From: Minisyncoccota bacterium
Lineage (GTDB): Bacteria; Patescibacteriota; Minisyncoccia; Phycocordibacterales; GCA-2401445
DNA: 64,000 nucleotides
Assembly (NCBI GenBank): GCA_040879725.1
Contig: JBBDJV010000020.1
Coordinates: 9,086 to 73,085 of the forward strand
Reading direction: 5' to 3'
The notes below the pieces were generated by a model that saw nothing but the letters and a program-made list of their open reading frames with translations, was not told the origin of the DNA and searched no databases. The first letter of the stretch is position 1; each line of letters starts with the position of its first letter. Positions 38,162 to 47,977 of this stretch are shown piece after piece. The translations under genes were made by a program, and so were the position numbers.

Positions 38162-39295
38162 CTATGCAATTTTATGTATTATCTCAACAATATCTTCAAC
38201 TGTTGCTAATCGAGGATTATTCATTGCTCTTTCTGCAGAATATTCATCCAGTATAGCATTTTTCGCATCAGCGATAGAAATACCATAATCACGCAAACGT
38301 GTTGAAACCTGAATTGATTCGAAAAACGATTTAAGGGAATCAGCATAGAGAGCATTTTTGCTTCCTGTTATAAAAGAACCCATCTGCTCTACTAAATTAC
38401 GGACATACAAATAACCCCTTGGGTCACTACATGAATTAAGGGTAACTCCTAGATTAAACATAAAAACCTCGGGAAGAAATAGCGCGACAGCTTTTCCGTG
38501 CGGAATTTTATATCGAGATGTTAAGGGATATGACAGTGCATGAGCTAATGTTGTTTTCGTAATATTGATCGCCTTTCCTGCACTATGTGAACCTTGTGCA
38601 ATATTTACTAAAGCATCTTTATCTCCACCACACGCAAGGTAAAGATTTTTATACAAAAGTTTAAACGCATTTTCTGACAACAAAAGAGATTCCTTACTAG
38701 AATTCACCGACCACCACGACTCAATAGACTGACAAAAAGCGTCCACTCCGCTAGCTGCAGTCACTTCCCACGGAGATGAAAAAAGAAACTGAGGATCAAC
38801 AATTGCGTACTCCGGCAACATTTTTTTATCTGCACAAGAGTATTTTTTACCTTTAATATATAAAACGGCAAAATGGGTTGATTCGCTACCCGAACCGGCT
38901 GTTGTTGGGACCGCAATAACTGGCACAGCACTTGTTTTTTCTATACTAGCACCATAACTCACCTCTGAGATTTGCTCTGGCTTATCAGCAAACAAACTAA
39001 TCAATTTCGCCACATCAATCACACTCCCCCCACCAACTGCAATAATTACAGACGAGGTATGTTCACGATATTTCATAACACCTTTCAAGAGATCATCTTC
39101 GGAAGGGTTGATTGAAAAATCATTAAATACTTCAACTTTATAAGGAGCTACGAGCGACATGATTATTTTACGTGCACCCGATGTCTCAAAAGAATTTTTG
39201 CTCGTGACTAAAAAAATATTTTTTACCTTCTGATCTAAAAGAATTTGCGATAAGTGTTCTGTTGAATTTACACCAAAATAACTTTTTTGATTCAT
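38162..39295 (-). CDS. Group III iron-containing alcohol dehydrogenase (candidate phosphonoacetaldehyde reductase)
   Basis: GGGSVIDVAK NAD motif and the Fe-ADH His/Asp pattern. It lies adjacent to ppd and ppm. Confidence 0.6.
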   Translation of the reverse strand: MNQKSYFGVNSTEHLSQILLDQKVKNIFLVTSKNSFETSGARKIIMSLVAPYKVEVFNDFSINPSEDDLLKGVMKYREHTSSVIIAVGGGSVIDVAKLISLFADKPEQISEVSYGASIEKTSAVPVIAVPTTAGSGSESTHFAVLYIKGKKYSCADKKMLPEYAIVDPQFLFSSPWEVTAASGVDAFCQSIESWWSVNSSKESLLLSENAFKLLYKNLYLACGGDKDALVNIAQGSHSAGKAINITKTTLAHALSYPLTSRYKIPHGKAVALFLPEVFMFNLGVTLNSCSDPRGYLYVRNLVEQMGSFITGSKNALYADSLKSFFESIQVSTRLRDYGISIADAKNAILDEYSAERAMNNPRLATVEDIVEIIHKIA

Positions 39296-39306
39296 CTTTT
39301 CAATAC

Positions 39307-40440
39307 TTATTTTTTATTGAGAAATTCCATCAAATCTTTCTTATTTTGATTGGGAGGAATTGTAGGACGACCTAAATCAGATCGTGCTCCTTTTTTAGTT
39401 CGTATTTCAATAAAAATAGGACCTGTGTTTGGTTTACTATCCTTAAAGATTTGTGAAATAGCACTATCAGTATCTGCGTAATATACTTCTTTATAACCAC
39501 ACGCTCTCGCAATTTCACAAAAATTTACAAAAAATCCAGCTGTTTTTTGACCCCCTACTGATTCATGCGCACCATTATTGAACACAATATGTACAAAATT
39601 ACTTGGATGAAATTGACCTATAGTTGCCATTCCACCCAAATGCATAATTGCAGCACCGTCACCATCAAAACAGTAAATATTTTTATTTGGCTTACTTAGT
39701 GCTAAGCCCAATGCGATTTGGGAAGCATGACCCATTGATCCAATAGTCAGAAAATCACAGGCATGACCCATAGATTTCGCATGTCGTATCTCAAACAATT
39801 CACGGGAAAGTTTTCCTGTTGTTGAAACAATCACAGAATTTTTTGGAATTTCCTCTACCACTGAAGTGAGAGCTTGTTCACGTGTAAGTGTGTATTTCTC
39901 CTCTGACTTTGGCTTTGCATGTTTCTCAGCTGAAAATGTGCCTTTGCGAACAAGCAAAGCATGAGGTCTGCATGTTTTCTTTATAGAATCCAACACAGCA
40001 AGTAACTCTTTCGCTGCTTTTTTTTCATCTGACGATAAAACGGTATGAGGTACATTAATTGCATTAAGCACTGCGGGAGTTACTTCACCCATAGTTATAT
40101 GTTGAGGTTCATCACTCACCCCAGGTTCTCCTCTCCAACCAATAAGTAGCAGTGCTGGCATACAATATACCTTCTCGTCCAGAAGCGAGGTTAGAGGGTT
40201 AACTGCATTTCCTAAACCAGAATTCTGCATATATATGAGAGGAACTTTCCCGGTCGCCAAATGATGTCCAGCAGCGATACCAAGTGCAGAGCCTTCATTC
40301 GCGGCTATGATATGTTGGGATGGGTCCAATGTTACATCTATATGCTCACAGAAATCCTTTAAGAGTGAATCCGGAACTCCGGTAAAAAGGTTTACATCAT
40401 TCTCCAAAAGCAATTTTAGAAAAAAATGGGAAGAAATCAT
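39307..40440 (-). CDS. ppd: Phosphonopyruvate decarboxylase (ThDP-dependent)
   Basis: N-terminal FTGVPDSLLKDFC is the Ppd/AepY signature, with a ThDP-binding GDGAA...NNG region; 377 aa. Confidence 0.75.
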   Translation of the reverse strand: MISSHFFLKLLLENDVNLFTGVPDSLLKDFCEHIDVTLDPSQHIIAANEGSALGIAAGHHLATGKVPLIYMQNSGLGNAVNPLTSLLDEKVYCMPALLLIGWRGEPGVSDEPQHITMGEVTPAVLNAINVPHTVLSSDEKKAAKELLAVLDSIKKTCRPHALLVRKGTFSAEKHAKPKSEEKYTLTREQALTSVVEEIPKNSVIVSTTGKLSRELFEIRHAKSMGHACDFLTIGSMGHASQIALGLALSKPNKNIYCFDGDGAAIMHLGGMATIGQFHPSNFVHIVFNNGAHESVGGQKTAGFFVNFCEIARACGYKEVYYADTDSAISQIFKDSKPNTGPIFIEIRTKKGARSDLGRPTIPPNQNKKDLMEFLNKK

Positions 40441-40445
40441 ACAAA

Positions 40446-41783
40446 TTATTTATTCTTTTCATGATTACCTTCAATCAAGGTCAATATTTCTTTGATAGAC
40501 ATGCAATATTTTTCTGAAGCCTCCTTTGACCTTCCATTTTCTAAAATAGCACGTGCGGTGTTAACCATTGCGGGGTAAGCACTTCGAAGTAAATGATTCG
40601 CATAAATAACTATCCTGAAGCCCATTTTCTCTAAATCTGTCTCGTTAAGATGGTTATATGTTGTAGGGACCGCAACAAGTGGAGTGTTGCTTCCAAACTC
40701 CTTATATTTCTTACAAAACTCTTCTATTTCATCAATTTTTTTATCTTTACTATGTATCATTATTCCATCAGCTCCAGCAGCTATATACGCCTTCGCACGC
40801 TTAAGAGCATCATCTACACCTTTACCTAAAATCAAACTTTCAATACGAGCAATGATCATGAAATCTTCAGAAATACGAGCATTCCGACCCACAGCGAGCT
40901 TCTCACAGAAATTTTTTATACTTTCCAATTCCTGTTTAACAGCAGTACCAAACAAGGAATTTCTCTTCAAACCTTTTTTATCTTCAATAATAACCGCAGA
41001 CACGCCCAGCCGTTCAAGTGTTTTTACTGTATAAGGAAAATGCTCAACTAAGCCACCTGTATCGCCATCGTAAATTACAGGCTTGGTAGTAATTTCCAAA
41101 ATATCATGCAGTGTACCAATACGAGATGTTAGATCTACCAATTCAATATCAGGCTTGCCTTTCATAGTCGAATCAGTAAGGCTACTTAACCACATAAAAT
41201 CAAATTCTCTCACAACACCCTTTTTCTCAATCTGCGTATGTTCAGCTATAAGTGCCGATAAACCACTATGAGCTTCAATACCTTTTACTATTGCCTTTGC
41301 GTCTAACAACCGTCTCAATCTTGATATCCTAACACTTGGTGTAACACCAACTTCTTTTAATGCCTTATTGAGCAATGATGACGAAATACCTTCAGTATAA
41401 TTTGGCTCAACCAATACCCCACCCCATTCTTTTAGTAACTTAACAACCTGTGCACGCACCTCTTTTTGAATCCCCTTTTTCCAATCATCACCATGCACAA
41501 CAACATCAGGTTTAACCTTTCTTAAATTTGAAGAATAGTCGAGTGTTTCTTGAGGGATCACTTCACTGACACCAACTATACTCGAAACAATCTCCTTCCT
41601 CTGTTCATATGATAAAAAAGGTAGTCTTTTGTAGCTTGCGATAGCTTTGTCTGTAAGTAGGCCGACAATAACTCTCCCATGTTTTGCACCCTCACGAATA
41701 ATTTTTAAATGGCCAGGATGTATTAAATCAGCACTCATTCCTATGTATACTATCTTTTCTCCCTTTTGTTTTATTTTATTCAT
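40446..41783 (-). CDS. ppm: Bifunctional cytidylyltransferase / phosphoenolpyruvate mutase fusion
   Basis: N-terminal cytidylyltransferase fold ([15 protein letters not shown] HxGH motif). The C-terminal PEP-mutase/ICL-superfamily barrel carries the PEP-mutase-specific [11 protein letters not shown] motif. Confidence 0.75.
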   Translation of the reverse strand: MNKIKQKGEKIVYIGMSADLIHPGHLKIIREGAKHGRVIVGLLTDKAIASYKRLPFLSYEQRKEIVSSIVGVSEVIPQETLDYSSNLRKVKPDVVVHGDDWKKGIQKEVRAQVVKLLKEWGGVLVEPNYTEGISSSLLNKALKEVGVTPSVRISRLRRLLDAKAIVKGIEAHSGLSALIAEHTQIEKKGVVREFDFMWLSSLTDSTMKGKPDIELVDLTSRIGTLHDILEITTKPVIYDGDTGGLVEHFPYTVKTLERLGVSAVIIEDKKGLKRNSLFGTAVKQELESIKNFCEKLAVGRNARISEDFMIIARIESLILGKGVDDALKRAKAYIAAGADGIMIHSKDKKIDEIEEFCKKYKEFGSNTPLVAVPTTYNHLNETDLEKMGFRIVIYANHLLRSAYPAMVNTARAILENGRSKEASEKYCMSIKEILTLIEGNHEKNK

Positions 41784-41877
41784 ATAATAGTATAGAATAC
41801 TTGTTTGTAAAGCTTGTACTAGAAACTAAGCATATCATTTACATGAAAATTATACAAAAACCAGTCACAGACCGCAG

Positions 41878-42657
41878 TTAGGCCATAATGTTTTTTAGTT
41901 TTTTCACATATGTAAGTGCTGAAGTCATGCGAAATATGAATTGAAAAAATGTGATACTTCTGTCTACTTGTATTCGTGGAATACGATAGACATTTGCGCC
42001 ACTGGTAACCAGCGCTTCAGTTATACAACACGCGCCACGAAAATGCCTTGCGATAACAGACTCCACTCGCTTATCCACCCTCCCAGCAGGATACGCGCAG
42101 AGTGTTGAGGTAGTTCCAGTCAATTGTGTGATGCGTTGTTTGGATGACTCAATCTCACGTACTAACTCCGAGTCAGACAATTCCGTAAAATTAGTATGAC
42201 TTTCACCGTGAACTTCAAATGTAACTACTCCTTCCTTTGCAATGCGTTGTACTCCCTCTTCTGTCGGTCGGGAAAGGTTTCCTAATTTCTCCATAGGAGC
42301 GAGATTGGTCGTGAGAAAAACAGTTGCGGGAATGCCATATTTTTTTAGCAGTGGAGCAACAAATGAAATGGTATCTTCATATCCATCATCTATTGTTATC
42401 GCCACACTCCTACGCGGAAGAATGCTCTTTCCTTCAATATGATTTACTACATCATGAAGCGAAACAGGATTCATATTACTTTTTATGTATTTCAGTTGCT
42501 GCTCGAAAGCTTTTTCTGAAACACCATATTTCCACGAAGTATTCTCGACCGAATGGTACATAAGCACCGCTATTTCTGGCCGTGCATCAAAAATACGAAA
42601 CAAACATCGTACAAGGAATGCAAAAAAATATACTATTGTTTTTATTAGTGACTGCAT
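41878..42657 (-). CDS. Polysaccharide deacetylase (CE4/NodB homology domain)
   Basis: AITIDDGYEDT and FEVHGESH motifs with an N-terminal TM helix. Confidence 0.7.
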   Translation of the reverse strand: MQSLIKTIVYFFAFLVRCLFRIFDARPEIAVLMYHSVENTSWKYGVSEKAFEQQLKYIKSNMNPVSLHDVVNHIEGKSILPRRSVAITIDDGYEDTISFVAPLLKKYGIPATVFLTTNLAPMEKLGNLSRPTEEGVQRIAKEGVVTFEVHGESHTNFTELSDSELVREIESSKQRITQLTGTTSTLCAYPAGRVDKRVESVIARHFRGACCITEALVTSGANVYRIPRIQVDRSITFFQFIFRMTSALTYVKKLKNIMA

Positions 42658-43253
42658 ACCATTTCAAGTATTCGCTCCTCATCTTCTCCTCCTTTGATAA
42701 AGTAACAGTTCTTATACACCTCTCTACTTTCATTCATAATAATTGAATGTACTTCCAAAACCACCTTTCTCCATTGTACTTCATATTGACTTCCCATAAA
42801 TGAACGCATTCCACGTGCGCGCTTTTTTTGTCTATAAAGCACAGTTTCCCACGGAAGATCAAACATAATATGCATATCAGCTTGAGGCGCAAGCATGAGC
42901 AATTTGCGTATACGCTCGGCAGAGGGAGTACGTTCAAATAATCCTATAATCTGCTGGAGCATACCTTCATCCAACACAATATTTCCCATATTTCTACGAG
43001 CCTCTTGCCACCGTGCAATTCTATTAAACAGCACCCTTAATTTCCACTGAATAAGAAAAAGACCTCTTCCTTCAGTAAGGCAAATCCAGACACAGGTGAT
43101 TGTAAATCTACTATGATTACACAAAAAATAAAAAAAATACCAACAGCGCATAAGGATGTTCTGGTGTCGAGGCGGAGCATACCCACACGCTTCTATTGCG
43201 CGTGCAAATGTGCTTTTCCCCGAGCCCGGTAGACCATACAACTCTATAATCAT
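42645..43253 (-). CDS. P-loop NTPase / small kinase-like protein
   Basis: Walker A YGLPGSGKST within the first 15 residues. Its specific family is unclear. Confidence 0.45.
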   Translation of the reverse strand: MIIELYGLPGSGKSTFARAIEACGYAPPRHQNILMRCWYFFYFLCNHSRFTITCVWICLTEGRGLFLIQWKLRVLFNRIARWQEARRNMGNIVLDEGMLQQIIGLFERTPSAERIRKLLMLAPQADMHIMFDLPWETVLYRQKKRARGMRSFMGSQYEVQWRKVVLEVHSIIMNESREVYKNCYFIKGGEDEERILEMVCSH

Positions 43254-44014
43254 CCTTTAAACGTTATTTTATACGACTCTGAAAAGAAACGAGTAATGAT
43301 ATTCATCTGCATCCACCCGAGTACAAAAAAAAGGAAACGGTCGGCAAAGGCAGAATGTAATCCTGGAAATACAAATGTTACCGGTCGCACCGAAAGTACA
43401 GAAAACCCAACCTCAGACAGTAACAACACAAAGTGTCTGTCATCAATCTGTAATGAGTGAAATTCACTCACATTCTTTTGTCTATTCCATGGACGGCGAT
43501 ACTGTGGTGTTTTGGTAATAATTGATCCTAACGAAGTGGTGTCCATTACTTCACGAACTTTTTTAACCAATGCTTCCTTGTCAGAGAAATATTCAACTGC
43601 ACGAGATGAGAAAAATACAGAAGCTTTTCTTGTTGCGGTATACTCAAGAAAATCAGAGACAATGTATTCAATACCACTTGCTCCCGACAAATTGTCTTTT
43701 GCAAGTTTTATCATCTCATCTGAAATATCAACCACCTGATAGTTCATATCGGGAAACTCATTCAAAAACTCTCTTGTCCAAGTGCCTGGACCTGGACCTA
43801 ACTCAAGATATGATTTAGGCACAGGATTTTTCTTTAGCTCAGAAATAAAATTACACACCGCATGACGAGTCATATCATAACCAGCCTTTCTCTGTGGAGT
43901 AGAAAACCAACGCTCCCTCTCGTACTCTCCTCTATACGTTCCAGGAATCATTGTATTGTATTTCCCTCGCACATCCTCATTTTTCATCACTCTATTGTAT
44001 GCGAAAGACACCAC
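43250..44014 (-). CDS. Class I SAM-dependent methyltransferase
   Basis: LELGPGPGTWT motif I. Confidence 0.65.
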   Translation of the reverse strand: MVSFAYNRVMKNEDVRGKYNTMIPGTYRGEYERERWFSTPQRKAGYDMTRHAVCNFISELKKNPVPKSYLELGPGPGTWTREFLNEFPDMNYQVVDISDEMIKLAKDNLSGASGIEYIVSDFLEYTATRKASVFFSSRAVEYFSDKEALVKKVREVMDTTSLGSIITKTPQYRRPWNRQKNVSEFHSLQIDDRHFVLLLSEVGFSVLSVRPVTFVFPGLHSAFADRFLFFVLGWMQMNIITRFFSESYKITFKG

Positions 44015-44184
44015 TCTCGCAATTTATTCGAGTACAATGTTTATATTATTCTTTGTGCACAGTTTATTAACTTTTAACTTCAGTATTACCTGTCGATTTG
44101 ATGTTATGATTTTATTATAAGATTTGTACCTTAATAGAGTTTATTAACAAGGTTTTTGTTCTATTATCATTTAGTGAAAAATTT

Positions 44185-46649
44185 ATGTATCCAAGTATTA
44201 ACAAACTTTTTTTATTTTCTTTTTGTTACTTACCATTCCGGGAAATCAAATTTATGCAGATAACACCCACTCAATTGAATTTGATGGTAGTAATGATTAC
44301 CTATACACTGCAGACAGCTCATCTCTATCAATCACCCAAGATTTAACAGCTGAAATGTGGGTTAATTTTGACTCCTTTAATACAGATCAAGGAATACTTA
44401 TTTCAAAATATGGGGGCGGTACAAATGAAAGAGCATATCAATTTGGATACTTTAAAAATACTTCTGATGGTAAACAATACTTTGAGAGTAGGATATCTGA
44501 TGATGGTACAGGAATAAACACTACAGTTGTTACACTAGAATATGATCTTGCCACAAGCACCTGGTACCACGTTTCCTTCATTTATAAATCAGCATCAGGG
44601 ACTGTTGATGTGTATCTTGCAACCACAAGTGCTGAGTCACACATACATGCAGGAACAATGTCTGGACATAAGAATTCAATTAAAGACAGCATTTCTCAAT
44701 TTAGAATTGCTTCATCTCACGGCGCAGGTAATGTGAATTATTTTGACGGAAAGATAGATGATGTAAGAATATGGAATAAAGCAAGAGAAGTGAGTAATAT
44801 TAATACCGACTTCAAATCTGAATTAGTTGGTACAGAAGCAAATCTGAAAGGATACTGGCGATTTAACGATACGCTAACTGACCAGACTGCTAATGGAAAT
44901 ACGCTTTCTGATTATGGTGGAACTATTTTTTCTGAATCAAAACCATTTCCAAACCCTCCCTCAGCAGCTACATCACCATACCCCTCTCACTCCTCAACAA
45001 CAGTTGCCACATCAACTAGCCTGTCTTGGAATCCCGGTTCAAATCTTACTCAACAAGGAATCTTTTTTGGCACATCATCTACTATTACAATAAATGACTA
45101 CCAAGGTACATACGGGACATCTACCACAAATTTTGATCCTGGAACATTATCTGCGTCTACTACCTATTACTGGAGAATTGATAGCAATAATCTAGAAGCA
45201 ACAACTACAGGAACTGTATGGGATTTTACAACTACGGCTGAACCAGAAAATACACATTCGATTGCTCTTGACGGTGTAGATGATTATCTTTCTGCACCAG
45301 ATAGCAACTCATTGTCAATAACTGGTGACCTTACTATTGAATTCTGGGTAAAATTCGACTCATTTAATATTGATGATCAAGGAATTCTTGTATCAAAGTG
45401 GGGAGATTATGGGGGAGGAAATAATCAACGTGCATATCAGTTTGGATACTACAAAACATCAGGTGGTATAGGATACTTTGACACCCTCACATCTGCAGAT
45501 GGAACCACTGTTGGCTCGGGGACTGTACAGTACGATCTGTCGACCGAAAAGTGGTACCATCTGGCATTTGTTTACACCGCCGCAAGTGGCACAGTAGACG
45601 TATATGTTGCAACCACGTCTGATTCTAACCATATATTAGCAGGAACTGTAAGTGGACACACAACATCTCTAAAGGATACTGTCTCTGATTTTCAAATTGG
45701 ATCTTCTGACGGATCTGGAAATATTGTTTATTTTGATGGCAACATGGATGAAATACGTGTATGGAATACTGCCAAATCAAAGGAGGAAATTGACTCTGAC
45801 TTTGACACAGAGTTCTTCGAAAGTATGTCTAACTTGCAAGCATACTGGAAACTGAATAATCATTACAGTGACCAGACATCAAACGATAATACGTTGTCCC
45901 AAAATAATGGAGCAAACTTCTCGACAATTGTCCCCTTTCCTGTCTCACCTAATTCCCATGCAATATCACTCAATGGAATTGACCAGTATCTTTCCGCTGT
46001 AGACAGTCACTCGCTTTCTATAACAAGTGACTTAACAGCAGAACTGTGGGTCAAATTCAATTCTTTTAACGAAGACAATCAAGGAGTACTGATATCAAAA
46101 TATGGAAACTATGGTGGTACCGACAACCAAAGATCGTATCAATTTGGTTACTACAAGGATACTTCGAAACTTGACTACAACTTCTTTAATACAAGGACAT
46201 CAACAGATGGAACCGACACAAGTGATCTAAACAGAGCGTATCCTATGGCAACGGGTACATGGTACCATCTTGCTTTTGTATATGATGCATCAGAAGGATG
46301 TGTAGATATATATCTTGCCAATGTTAATGACACTGAACATAGCTTTGTTGGTGCTGAATGCAGACATAAGACTTTACTGAAAGATACAGTGTCTTCATTC
46401 GAGATTGGTTCTTCTGATGGATCTGGCAATGTAGTATACCTTGATGGAGTTGTTGATGAAGTAAGAATATGGTCCAAAACTAGAAGTAAATCAGAGATGG
46501 ATGCTGATTATACTCTCGAATTGACGGGATCAGAAACAGATCTTGAAGCATATTGGAATTTCAACAACACACTCAGTGACATGACATCAAACGGAAATAC
46601 CTTAACAAACAATAACAGTGCAACGTTTATAACCTCTACACCATTCTAG
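44185..46649 (+). CDS. Secreted protein with three tandem LamG/concanavalin-A-like lectin domains; apparent frameshift in a T7 run near the 5' end
   Basis: Three approximately 270-aa repeats each carry the Laminin_G_3 pattern (DG.DDYL...SLS...T.E.WV.FDSF...YQFGY...WYH...D(D/E)VRIWN). The ATG at 44185, preceded by AGTGA, lies in frame +1 relative to the main ORF, which the track starts at TTG 44223. One extra T in the T7 run (44207-44213) would fuse them and create a canonical signal peptide MYPSINKLFFIFFLLLTIPGNQIYA|DNTHS. Confidence 0.6.
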
Positions 46650-46681
46650 TGCAGTTGAACAGAAAATACCCTGAGAAAAGG

Positions 46682-47344
46682 TTAGAAAAACTTGGTGGGA
46701 ACTTTTACAATGCCTTTTTCTCTATCTTCATATGTCGTATATAGTTTTGGCTCACCAGTCTTTCGAAGTACATAAATAATTTCATACGCAAATCCTGGAT
46801 ACTTTAGAGGATGAAAAGCAAACTTAGTCTTCACTAATCTAAAAGAAACACCAACCTCGTTTTCAAGAGTAAAACCAACCCTATCAGCAAGAGTACGGAC
46901 ATTGTACCGTGTGAAGCTTTGAAAATGTTCTACCCATTTTGCCTTACATACACGATGCTTGAAATGATGGAAAAAGATATTCAAAACATTCTCCCAGTAG
47001 TAATTAGGATTTGGAGTAGAAAAAACAAGTACTCCGTTAGGTTTCAATACTCTATAAAGCTCAGAGAGTAGTTGAATCGGATTGGCAACATGTGCAAGAA
47101 CACACCCCATAGTTACCGCATCAAAAAAACCATCATCATACGGAATATGTCCATCATTGAGATCAACCTGTCGCACCTCTTTATAACTAGCAGGATGGTT
47201 ATCTGTAACAATATCTATTCCATATATTTCCCCTCCCTTCAAATATAGACTTGGATTCTGTGCATACCCAACATCAAGAACCTTTTCGGCATCTGGATAT
47301 ACGGCATATAATGTTTCAGCAATTAACTGACCTTTGCTTTTCAT
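46682..47344 (-). CDS. Class I SAM-dependent methyltransferase
   Basis: VLDVGYAQN motif I and VLVFSTPNP. Confidence 0.6.
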   Translation of the reverse strand: MKSKGQLIAETLYAVYPDAEKVLDVGYAQNPSLYLKGGEIYGIDIVTDNHPASYKEVRQVDLNDGHIPYDDGFFDAVTMGCVLAHVANPIQLLSELYRVLKPNGVLVFSTPNPNYYWENVLNIFFHHFKHRVCKAKWVEHFQSFTRYNVRTLADRVGFTLENEVGVSFRLVKTKFAFHPLKYPGFAYEIIYVLRKTGEPKLYTTYEDREKGIVKVPTKFF

Positions 47345-47356
47345 GTGACAAGTATA

Positions 47357-47977
47357 CTACTTCTTCTCCAAAACAAAAAAGTGATGGTACTGATACCCAA
47401 ACGGCACAAAATGTTTTTTGATTGCTCCGTATTTTTTTAAGAGTGTTAGCAAGCGTTCTACTGAATACCCTTTCTTTCCTAATTCCCAGTAATGTTCACC
47501 ATTAAATGTGTGCTCTTTCGGATGTGGTATACGGAATGCAACAGCTATCTCTTTTACTAGTGGTATTTTGAGTAAAAACTTCAGTGGATGACTGAAGTGC
47601 GGAACACTCACTACAATACCCTTTTTTGATACACGCACCATCTCCCGAATAGCACCTTCCACCTGCTCAAATGGAATATGCTCCAGCACCTCAAATGCAC
47701 AGACTACATCAAATGTAGTATCGCCAAATGGAAGTGGCTTCGTAATATCTCCGACTATATCCGGGTGTAAGTCCTCCGCAGTATCGAAAGAAGTGTAGGA
47801 AATCGTTGTGTTATTTTTTATGTATGAACCAAATACCTTATCACCAACGCCTATTTCAAGAATTGAAGAAGGATTGCATAGAAGTACTTCTTTGAGCTGG
47901 TGATGATAACTCACCCACCTACCGACGTGTCCATACTTTTCAAAATTATAATGCTCCTTTTCAACCTGTGTTGTCAT
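47357..47977 (-). CDS. Class I SAM-dependent methyltransferase
   Basis: ILEIGVGDK motif I and AFEVLEHIP. Confidence 0.6.
   Translation of the reverse strand: MTTQVEKEHYNFEKYGHVGRWVSYHHQLKEVLLCNPSSILEIGVGDKVFGSYIKNNTTISYTSFDTAEDLHPDIVGDITKPLPFGDTTFDVVCAFEVLEHIPFEQVEGAIREMVRVSKKGIVVSVPHFSHPLKFLLKIPLVKEIAVAFRIPHPKEHTFNGEHYWELGKKGYSVERLLTLLKKYGAIKKHFVPFGYQYHHFFVLEKK

Noticed and set aside
42645-43253. Calling the P-loop protein an APS kinase (CysC) to partner the sulfotransferase-like gene
   Set aside because: Only the Walker A motif matches. The rest of the sequence does not resemble CysC, so it is left as a generic P-loop kinase/NTPase.
44223-46649. Accepting the track's TTG start (44223) for the LamG protein as is
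   Set aside because: That start gives a secreted-type multi-lectin-domain protein without any signal peptide. An upstream ATG plus a 1-nt correction in a T7 run yields a canonical signal peptide, so a homopolymer indel or phase variation is more plausible.
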